From Clostridia bacterium (GTDB lineage Bacteria > Bacillota > Clostridia > Oscillospirales > CAG-272): 64,000 nt of DNA. Below, piece by piece: positions 44,969 through 51,763 of the stretch. The stretch spans positions 74,372 to 138,371 of the forward strand of contig JAFTLJ010000072.1 of the NCBI GenBank assembly GCA_017456005.1, given 5' to 3'. Made by a program: the position numbers and the translations under genes. The number at the start of each line of letters is the position of its first letter. Position 1 is the first letter of the stretch. A model generated the notes under the pieces. It saw nothing but the letters and a program-made list of their open reading frames with translations, had not been told where the DNA came from and did not search any database.

Positions 44969-45018
44969 ATTATAACATATTTTTGTTTATGTATCAATAG
45001 GGTATTCAATTAAATATG
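44969..45018 (-). promoter_or_regulatory. 50-nt promoter module R (promoter of the recombinase gene), homologous to module L
   Basis: Minus strand: CATATTTAATTGAATACCCTATTGATACATAAACAAAAATATGTTATAAT (TTGATA, 17 nt, TATAAT). Confidence 0.6.
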
Positions 45019-45066
45019 AAATATTTCAAAAATAAAAATCATATTTTATTGACACATATATTTATA

Positions 45067-45094
45067 ATGTCAATAGGGTATACCCATATGACAT
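45067..45094. repeat. 28-bp imperfect palindrome, a candidate recombinase binding or crossover site
   Basis: ATGTCAATAGGGTATACCCATATGACAT. 11 of 14 dyad pairs match, and the core GGGTATACCC is perfect. Its left half repeats TCAATAGGGTAT found at 44994-45005. Confidence 0.4.
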
Positions 45095-45102
45095 ATAAAC
45101 CA

Positions 45103-45137
45103 TAAAAAAAGACGCATACATTTTGAGTGTATGCGTT
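45103..45137 (-). terminator. rho-independent terminator after khpA
   Basis: On the minus strand: ACGCATACA-CTCAAAA-TGTATGCGT, then CTTTTTTT. Confidence 0.85.
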
Positions 45138-45147
45138 TCTTTTTGCG

Positions 45148-45405
45148 TTATTCAGCATCCTGAATCTCATCTTTGATGTTAACCGTAACTTTTTTGCCGC
45201 AGTTGTTGGCTGCTGTTTTCATAAGCTGGCGGATTGCACGAGCAATTTTGCCGCGCTTGCCGATAACCTTGCCCATATCGGAAGGGGATACGGAAAGTTC
45301 AAGCGTAACGTGTTCGCCGTCTTCTTTTTCAACAATAATAATTTCTTCGGGTTTATCGACAATTGCGCGCGTAATGTTCGCAAGAGTGTCTTTAAGGTTT
45401 GTCAT
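45148..45405 (-). CDS. khpA: KH-domain RNA-binding protein KhpA (YlqC)
   Basis: About 85 aa. KH motif VIGKRGKIARAIR. Position directly after rpsP. Confidence 0.85.
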   Translation of the reverse strand: MTNLKDTLANITRAIVDKPEEIIIVEKEDGEHVTLELSVSPSDMGKVIGKRGKIARAIRQLMKTAANNCGKKVTVNIKDEIQDAE

Positions 45406-45426
45406 TAGTTAGCCACCCCGAAACGA

Positions 45427-45672
45427 TTATTCTGTAACGCCGGCCTTTTTGAGAAGAGATTTTACAGTATCTGTGGGCTGAGCACCGTTTTTGAGCCACT
45501 GCTGAGCTTTTTCTGCGTCGATTTTGATTTCAGCAGGCTCTGTGAGGGGGTTGTAGTAACCGATTTCTTCAACGAATCTGCCATCGCGAGGGAAGCGAGA
45601 GTCTGCAACAACAACGCGATAGAAAGGAGCTTTTTTAGAGCCGAGTCTTGTAAGTCTGATTTTAACTGCCAT
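45427..45672 (-). CDS. rpsP: 30S ribosomal protein S16
   Basis: [26 protein letters not shown]. Confidence 0.95.
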   Translation of the reverse strand: MAVKIRLTRLGSKKAPFYRVVVADSRFPRDGRFVEEIGYYNPLTEPAEIKIDAEKAQQWLKNGAQPTDTVKSLLKKAGVTE

Positions 45673-45759
45673 AATAATTTTCCTCCGAAAATAATTTCTT
45701 TATATAATATTTTTAAATTTATAAATTTTCAATAACTTGTATTGAATAATTATACTATG

Positions 45760-47082
45760 TTAGAACGGCATTTTGCCGAATTTGCCAAACTTTTTGCCGC
45801 TTGTCATTTGTTTCATGAGCTTATTAGTTTGCTCATACTGTTTAAGAAGCTTATTTACCTCTTCAACCGTTGTTCCCGCACCGGACGCGATGCGTTTTTT
45901 GCGAGAAGAGTTGATAATATCGGGCTTTTCGCGCTCCGCGGGTGTCATAGAAAGGATGATTGCTTGCATACGATCGATAGCTTTTTCATCAACCTTTGCA
46001 TCTTTAAGTGCACCGGGTTTTACGCCGGGGAGCATACCCATAAGAGAATCGAGTGAACCCATTTGTTTAAGCTGCTCAAACTGATCGAGGTAATCGGTTA
46101 GCGTGAAACGGGATTTGCGAAGTTTTTCTTCGAGCTCCGCCGCCTTTTTATCGTCAAAGTTCTGCTGAGCTTTTTCGATAAGTGAGAGCATATCGCCCAT
46201 ACCGAGAATTCGAGAAGCCATTCTGTCGGGATAAAAAGGCTCTATAGCATCGAGCTTTTCGCCTGTACCGATATATTTAATTGGCTTGCCTGTAACGTGT
46301 TTAACGGAAAGTGCCGCACCGCCGCGAGTGTCGCCGTCCATCTTTGTCATGATGACACCGGTAATATCGAGAAGCTCATTGAACTTCTCTGCAACATTAA
46401 CGGCATCTTGACCCGTCATAGCGTCTACAACAAGAAGGATTTCTGTGGGTTCAAGCTCGTTTTTTATATCTACAAGCTCATCCATCATACCTTCATCGAT
46501 ATGAAGTCTACCTGCTGTATCTATAAAGAGCATATCGCAACCCTGGCGGATACATTCTTTAAGCGCGTGTTGGGCAATTTTGACAGCATCCTTGCTTTCT
46601 TCTGTAAACACAGGAACACCTACCGCTTCACCTACAACCTGCAACTGCTTAATAGCCGCGGGGCGATATATGTCGCAGGCTGCAAGCATAGGATGTTTTC
46701 CATCTTTTTTAAAGAGCGAAGCGAGTTTTGCTGTATGAGTAGTTTTACCTGCGCCTTGCAAACCAACCATCATTATAATTGTGGGAGGTTTTGGAGCGAT
46801 TTGTATTTTGGAAACAGTATTTCCCATAAGAGCAGTCAGCTCTTCGTTAACAATTTTTATAACCTGCTGTGCGGGGACAAGAGATTCGAGAACTTCCTCG
46901 CCGACGGCACGTTCTGTAACCGTATTTACGAAACTGCGAACAACTTTGAAGTTTACGTCTGCTTCGAGAAGTGCAAGCTTAACAGCACGCATACCTTCGC
47001 GAACATCTTTTTCCGTCAGTTTACCTTTGTTTTTGAATTTCTTGAAAGCCTCGTTCAGTTTTTCCTGAAGATTTTGGAACAT
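45760..47082 (-). CDS. ffh: signal recognition particle protein Ffh
   Basis: NG domain (GLQGAGKTT, DTAGR) and a Met-rich M domain. Confidence 0.95.
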   Translation of the reverse strand: MFQNLQEKLNEAFKKFKNKGKLTEKDVREGMRAVKLALLEADVNFKVVRSFVNTVTERAVGEEVLESLVPAQQVIKIVNEELTALMGNTVSKIQIAPKPPTIIMMVGLQGAGKTTHTAKLASLFKKDGKHPMLAACDIYRPAAIKQLQVVGEAVGVPVFTEESKDAVKIAQHALKECIRQGCDMLFIDTAGRLHIDEGMMDELVDIKNELEPTEILLVVDAMTGQDAVNVAEKFNELLDITGVIMTKMDGDTRGGAALSVKHVTGKPIKYIGTGEKLDAIEPFYPDRMASRILGMGDMLSLIEKAQQNFDDKKAAELEEKLRKSRFTLTDYLDQFEQLKQMGSLDSLMGMLPGVKPGALKDAKVDEKAIDRMQAIILSMTPAEREKPDIINSSRKKRIASGAGTTVEEVNKLLKQYEQTNKLMKQMTSGKKFGKFGKMPF

Positions 47083-47084
47083 TT

Positions 47085-47444
47085 TTACTCCTTCATTATA
47101 CTTCCGGCGCTTTGTATAAGCGAAAGAAGCCTATCGAATTCTATGCTTTCGTGTGTATAATTTGCTTTAAGTTCTTTGATAATGCTTTCGGCTTCTTCCA
47201 ATTTATCGTTGAATAATGAAATTTTAGAAGTAAGAGCCAATTTCTCTTCATAGAAAATAAGCGATTCCTCGGCGTGCTTTATAGCATATCTGACACCTTG
47301 GCGTGAAAGCCCTGTATGTTCGGCAATTTCGGCAAGCGAGAGATCTTCGTTATAATAAAGATCAAACATATTTTGTTGTTCGGGTGTCAAAAGAGCACCA
47401 TATGCGTCAAAAAGAACTGAAAGACGCAGATTTTTTTCAAACAT
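47085..47444 (-). CDS. ylxM: YlxM (UPF0122) putative DNA-binding protein
   Basis: LFDAYGALLTPEQQNMFDLYYNEDLSLAEIAE. ATG 47444 follows GAGGT. Position upstream of ffh. Confidence 0.85.
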   Translation of the reverse strand: MFEKNLRLSVLFDAYGALLTPEQQNMFDLYYNEDLSLAEIAEHTGLSRQGVRYAIKHAEESLIFYEEKLALTSKISLFNDKLEEAESIIKELKANYTHESIEFDRLLSLIQSAGSIMKE

Positions 47445-47490
47445 ATTGCCAATAACCTCATTTTTCAGTGTAAAGCAAATTACTTTACAT

Positions 47491-47519
47491 AGTATATCAT
47501 TATATGTGGATTTTGTCAA
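47491..47519 (-). promoter_or_regulatory. sigma-A promoter of the ylxM-ffh operon
   Basis: On the minus strand: TTGACA, 17 nt, TATACT. Confidence 0.6.
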
Positions 47520-47559
47520 GTATTTTTTTAGTTTTTTGTTAAAAATGTTGTAATATTAT

Positions 47560-47595
47560 AAAAAGTAGCTTTTCTTTCAAGAAAAGCTACTTTTT
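47560..47595 (-). terminator. rho-independent terminator after the SGNH hydrolase gene
   Basis: AAAAAGTAGCTTTTC-TTTCAA-GAAAAGCTACTTTTT. Confidence 0.85.
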
Positions 47596-47597
47596 AA

Positions 47598-48401
47598 TTA
47601 TATTTTATAATTTTTATGAGGAGTGCCTACAAGCCCGATTTCCGAAAAATCTTTGAAATTATGGCGAATAATATAGTCTATATAAGAAATAACCATTTTC
47701 GCCGTAAGAGCATATCCTGCAGGATTCATATGACCGTGAAGGTAGAATTTTTCTTTAAAAGCTTCATCATAAACAGGACCATATTTTTTTAAATCTATAA
47801 CATATGAATTATCAAAAAATTCCGCAAGCTTATACATAAGCTCTGCATGGGCATCCTTTAAAACCTGAAGCTCGTAACGGTTATTTTCTTCGGGCATTGT
47901 CATGAAGAAAAATTTTGCATCGGGGCTTATCTTCTTTAGGCGCTGAACGATCATTGCGTAATATCCTGCAAATGTCGGTGCATTCTTTGTATAGTCATCT
48001 ATACATATATCATCTATAGAACCAACAGGCTGTCGAGCATTGAGAAGGTCGTTTACGCCAAGAGCTATTATATAAGCTTTGCATTTGTATTCTGTCTTCC
48101 AGAAATCTTTTTCGTCTGCGAAAGTAGACATATATTCCTTTGCGGTCATTCCACCACGAGAAAAGTTATAAACTGTGGTGCCTGTGGCACGAGCGAGGAA
48201 CTGTCCCCAAGAATAGTCGTAATAGTCGTGGTAATGACGCGTTCCGTCCATATCCATAGTTTCAAACTCTCCGGAAGAAAGGCTGTCGCCAACGCAGCCT
48301 ATGGTGCGTAGTATTCCGCAGAATCCGCCATCTTCAATTATACGTTCCAATGGTTTTTCTTCGGCATTATCGATCGTTTTTATAAATGAATTGATATCCA
48401 T
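47598..48401 (-). CDS. SGNH/GDSL-family hydrolase
   Basis: Block I GDSLSSG, block III GVND-like ALGVNDL, and a C-terminal DxxH-like LHGHM. ATG 48401 follows AGGAG; the longer ORF-track form would run through its own promoter. Confidence 0.75.
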   Translation of the reverse strand: MDINSFIKTIDNAEEKPLERIIEDGGFCGILRTIGCVGDSLSSGEFETMDMDGTRHYHDYYDYSWGQFLARATGTTVYNFSRGGMTAKEYMSTFADEKDFWKTEYKCKAYIIALGVNDLLNARQPVGSIDDICIDDYTKNAPTFAGYYAMIVQRLKKISPDAKFFFMTMPEENNRYELQVLKDAHAELMYKLAEFFDNSYVIDLKKYGPVYDEAFKEKFYLHGHMNPAGYALTAKMVISYIDYIIRHNFKDFSEIGLVGTPHKNYKI

Positions 48402-48434
48402 AAAATCATCTCCTAAAAAATCATTTCTAAAAAT

Positions 48435-48463
48435 ATTATAAGATATAGAAAGATTTCGGTCAA
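48435..48463 (-). promoter_or_regulatory. sigma-A promoter of the SGNH hydrolase gene
   Basis: On the minus strand: TTGACC, 17 nt, TATAAT. Confidence 0.6.
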
Positions 48464-48641
48464 GTAATTTCTTAAAATAATTCTTTAAAATGATGTGGAG
48501 TTCATTTTTTCTAAAAATAATGGGAAAATACGATGTTTTCAAAATACTTGATTTAAGCGCCTGCAAGCGATGTTAAGTTTTTGGATAGATAAATGTATGG
48601 CAGATATATGTTGCGTGGATTTTTCCAATTTTTCATTCCCT

Positions 48642-48673
48642 CAATTATACAAAATTTTCATTTTGTATAATTG
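48642..48673. other. perfect 13-bp-stem hairpin in an unannotated AT-rich spacer
   Basis: CAATTATACAAAA-TTTTCA-TTTTGTATAATTG. Confidence 0.5.
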
Positions 48674-48868
48674 CCTATATTTTTTCTTGGAGGCACATAA
48701 AACCATGGCTTACGCATAAATAATATATGCCTCCGCATTTGTTCAGTATCCCCTATTCTCTCCGTTTAAAATTCTCAATATTTTTTGTAAAAACAAGGTT
48801 GGGTACATTTTTATAAATTATATTAGGAATTTAAGATAAGAAATGGTTAAGCTACGACTGTTGCCTAC

Positions 48869-49330
48869 TTAATCATTGTCATATTTAAATTTTTCAACAA
48901 AGAGATTATATTTTTTCGAAATTTCAGTAATTTGTTTTAATGTTAGTTCACAAGCTAGATACATATAAAAATCATAACCTGTTTTCCAAATAAATTCATT
49001 TGAATAAAGCTTTCCCCAACATTTTTCACGAAGACAATCGGCAGCAAAGGTAATAGCTTTTTCGTTATTCAAAATCTCATTATCTTGCCAATCAAGATTC
49101 TCTTCATATTTTTCTAAACATAAGATTTTAAGTTTGTCTATTTTCAATAGTTTAAATATATGAACAAGCATTTCGATATAATTCGATTCTATTTTCATAT
49201 ACTCCGGATAATCAAACTCTTTACCATTATATATTTTACCTATATCACTGTAAGCTGTCCATTCATCAATGGTATATATATTGTTTTTTCTATATTCGGA
49301 ATTATATTTTGAAATACGGTAATAGTTCAT
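48869..49330 (-). CDS. hypothetical protein (153 aa, AT-rich gene)
   Basis: ATG 49330 lies 8 nt after GGAGG. No recognised domain. Confidence 0.5.
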   Translation of the reverse strand: MNYYRISKYNSEYRKNNIYTIDEWTAYSDIGKIYNGKEFDYPEYMKIESNYIEMLVHIFKLLKIDKLKILCLEKYEENLDWQDNEILNNEKAITFAADCLREKCWGKLYSNEFIWKTGYDFYMYLACELTLKQITEISKKYNLFVEKFKYDND

Positions 49331-49397
49331 ATAAAAAACCTCCATGCTTAAAAAACAAAGAGACAGAGAAAGTTTGGTCCCTGTCCCTTTATACAAG

Positions 49398-49691
49398 TTA
49401 TTTTGCGGATGCAAGAGCGCGTTCGAGCCATATCATACCGATATCGAGCGCATCGTAAAGCCCGGATTTTTCCCCTTGCTTAATGATTTTGTTCTTCTCT
49501 TCCGTAGAAAGTATCTGGACGAGAATTTTATCGGGTACTTCAGCACCACCGACCTTTTTGTTTGTAAGTATCATCAAGAAAAGATAATATTTATCTTCCA
49601 TATTACCATAGCAGATAATATTTTTTTCTCGTACTAAGGGTTTGCCTTTAAAAGTAATATATTTTCCCTGAAACGGTATTTTTGTTTCCAT
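49398..49691 (-). CDS. small hypothetical protein (97 aa)
   Basis: ATG follows GAGAGG. It sits downstream of divIC in the same orientation. Confidence 0.55.
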   Translation of the reverse strand: METKIPFQGKYITFKGKPLVREKNIICYGNMEDKYYLFLMILTNKKVGGAEVPDKILVQILSTEEKNKIIKQGEKSGLYDALDIGMIWLERALASAK

Positions 49692-49769
49692 AATTTTTGT
49701 AACCTCTCTTTAATTTATATTTTAAAGCTGTTAAACAGCCGTTATGTGCTTATAATAATATCCTAAAAT

Positions 49770-50072
49770 TTAATTGCTTTTCTTAAATACGATTTCACCT
49801 GTTTTATGAAACCCGAGTTGCTCTCTGGCATACTTTTCGATATATTCCTTTTCGGAAAGCGTGAAATCATATTTTAATTCGTCAACCTCATCTCGGTAAA
49901 GCTTTACGGTAGCCGCCAGTATTGCTTTTTGCTCGTTTAAAGTTTTTATTTGAGTTTTTAACGCAAAAATTGTTGCTGCCAAACAAAACAATACGACAAC
50001 GGCAATAATAACTTTAATGGATATTCTTTTAGTTTTTTGAAATTTTAGTTTCTCAAATATCATTCTGAACAA
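49770..50072 (-). CDS. septum formation initiator (FtsB/DivIC family)
   Basis: N-terminal TM followed by a coiled coil. The C-terminal ARE.LG...GE pattern and the position after yabQ fit the family. Confidence 0.8.
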   Translation of the reverse strand: MFRMIFEKLKFQKTKRISIKVIIAVVVLFCLAATIFALKTQIKTLNEQKAILAATVKLYRDEVDELKYDFTLSEKEYIEKYAREQLGFHKTGEIVFKKSN

Positions 50073-50677
50073 AATCCTTTTTTTGATTTATCCAATATTA
50101 AATAGATGCGTTTTCTTGAATATTCTTTTGCACGTTTTGCTTTTATGGCATTTGCTACAGGAAAAACTGTTATACGCATTATAAAGCAGAATATCTTTTC
50201 CAATATAAGAAAAATTATCTTTATAGGATATATTATAATATAAAACGCCCAATAAAGCAAGCACCGCAGCAAAAATATAATCCTTACAGAAAAATATATC
50301 GTTAACTTTCCTAATGTAAAAAAATAAACCGCCGCACCTAAAAAAGTAAATATTATAAAGTATAACCGTACAGATCCGCCGTTTATATGATATAAAAACA
50401 GTACTTCACAAATTGATGCTATTATCCAAAAAGTTATATCTTCGCAAAAAGTAATAAGATTATTTGAAAATTTAATTATATCGAAAAAAAGACGTTTATT
50501 TTTAAATGTCCTATTCTGCGGTATTTTTATGAATTCATAAAATTTGCCTTTCGGCATTAAATAAGGCAAACGTGATATACGCAAAACGCGAAATACATCG
50601 TATAAAATCCCCAAAAATATACCAAGCAATACCGCCAATAAAAATGCGGAATATCGGCCGTAAAACGCGTTTATCAT
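50060..50677 (-). CDS. yabQ: spore cortex biosynthesis protein YabQ
   Basis: Polytopic membrane protein with GIFLGILYDVFRVLR. Overlaps yabP and divIC. Confidence 0.8.
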   Translation of the reverse strand: MINAFYGRYSAFLLAVLLGIFLGILYDVFRVLRISRLPYLMPKGKFYEFIKIPQNRTFKNKRLFFDIIKFSNNLITFCEDITFWIIASICEVLFLYHINGGSVRLYFIIFTFLGAAVYFFTLGKLTIYFSVRIIFLLRCLLYWAFYIIIYPIKIIFLILEKIFCFIMRITVFPVANAIKAKRAKEYSRKRIYLILDKSKKGFCSE

Positions 50678-50952
50678 CGGAACATTCTCGCAAAAAACCC
50701 GCTTTTCTGCGCTTGTATTTTATCGTGGTAAGATATATTATCCACTTTTCCATCCACTATCATAGTGCCGCTTGCCACGTTCATACTGATAATATGCAGC
50801 TCACTGCCGCCTATTTCCAATGTGCCGTCTGTCGTATTTAAAAATATAGAATTTTCATCAGAACTTATAATGTCGCAAACACCGGATATATTAAGCTCGG
50901 CTCTGTTTCGCAGAATAAGTTCGGTAGTGTTTTTTTCTTTTGTTTGTTCCAT
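50674..50952 (-). CDS. yabP: sporulation protein YabP
   Basis: L.LRNR..L.ISGV.D..S.DE..I.L.T..G.L.I.G..LHI pattern. Confidence 0.9.
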   Translation of the reverse strand: MEQTKEKNTTELILRNRAELNISGVCDIISSDENSIFLNTTDGTLEIGGSELHIISMNVASGTMIVDGKVDNISYHDKIQAQKSGFFARMFR

Positions 50953-51012
50953 ATCTTTTCTCCTGTTATATAAAAACTATTGATAAAAGATATGAAGTTT
51001 TTTTAAAAAATA

Positions 51013-51258
51013 TTACTGTTCCAATACCTCAAAAAGGCTGGAAGCTTCGTTTTTTAACGTGTGTTCCTTTATATCCGTTACTCTAACTCGGAGAGTTTTT
51101 TCTCCAAATGTAATTTCTATAATATCGCCGATTTTAACATCGTAGGAAGCCTTGGCTTCTCTGCCATTGACTCTAACGTGTTCGGAATCACATGCATTGT
51201 TTGCTACCGTGCGCCGTTTTATAATACGGGCCACCTTTAAATATTTATCGAGTCGCAT
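51013..51258 (-). CDS. rqcP: S4-domain RNA-binding protein RqcP/YabO
   Basis: MRLDKYLKVARIIKRRTVA...VNGREAKAS.DVK.GD is very close to B. subtilis YabO as I recall it. Start at ATG 51258. Confidence 0.85.
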   Translation of the reverse strand: MRLDKYLKVARIIKRRTVANNACDSEHVRVNGREAKASYDVKIGDIIEITFGEKTLRVRVTDIKEHTLKNEASSLFEVLEQ

Positions 51259-51279
51259 ATCCTTTAAACCTTTCAAGTG

Positions 51280-51312
51280 GGAAAAAAGAGAGCCGCTAAA
51301 AGCTGCGGCTCT
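51280..51312 (-). terminator. terminator after hup
   Basis: On the minus strand: AGAGCCGC-8 nt-GCGGCTCT, then CTTTTTT. Confidence 0.8.
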
Positions 51313-51324
51313 GCTTTTTAATAA

Positions 51325-51600
51325 TTACTTATTAACCGATTCTTTAAGCGCTTTGCTTGCGGAAAATGCGGGGTATTTTGCCGCGGGGATTGTAATTTTT
51401 TCTTTTGTTTTTGGGTTTCTGCCTGTTCTTTCCGCCCTCTGTTTAACGTCAAAAGAGCCAAGACCGGAAATTTGAACTTTTTCGCCGTCTGCAAGTGCTT
51501 GTTCTATGGAAGCTATAAAAGCAGTAACGACAACATCTACGTCTTTCTTTTTCATGCCCGTAGATTTAACAACGTTTTCTATTAAATCTGTTTTATTCAT
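51325..51600 (-). CDS. hup: HU-family DNA-binding protein
   Basis: MNKTDLIENV...GFGSF-like GLGSFDVKQRAERTGRNPKT. Confidence 0.95.
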   Translation of the reverse strand: MNKTDLIENVVKSTGMKKKDVDVVVTAFIASIEQALADGEKVQISGLGSFDVKQRAERTGRNPKTKEKITIPAAKYPAFSASKALKESVNK

Positions 51601-51763
51601 AGTAAAGTTCCTTTCAAAACATAAAATTTCATATATATTCTAATATAAAAATACTACTGAAATAAGTATAACACCATTTTAGTATTTTTACAATAGTTTT
51701 ATATAATTTTCCCAAAAAACAAGAAAAAAATATCTTATTTATGTTATTAAACACAATAGAAAA

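Noticed and set aside
45049-45068. TTGACA and TATAAT hexamers on the plus strand upstream of the recombinase region.
   Set aside because: Only 8 nt separate them, too close for a sigma-A promoter, and there is no plus-strand gene downstream.
47598-48566. The long form of the SGNH hydrolase ORF (55 extra N-terminal codons). Similar 5' extensions occur at 10268-11200, 25169-25543, 36456-38876, 43160-44263, 47085-47519, 48869-49414, 60036-60632 and 16434-18251.
   Set aside because: The extensions lack SD sequences, run through promoters or terminators or upstream genes, and are followed by an internal ATG with a good SD and a family-typical N-terminus.
48597-48719. A 40-codon hydrophobic plus-strand ORF (MADICCVDFSNFSFPQLYKIFILYNCLYFFLEAHKTMAYA), considered as a type I toxin.
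   Set aside because: It has no convincing SD or promoter and it spans the 13-bp hairpin. AT-rich spacers yield such ORFs by chance. It is mentioned only as something to test.
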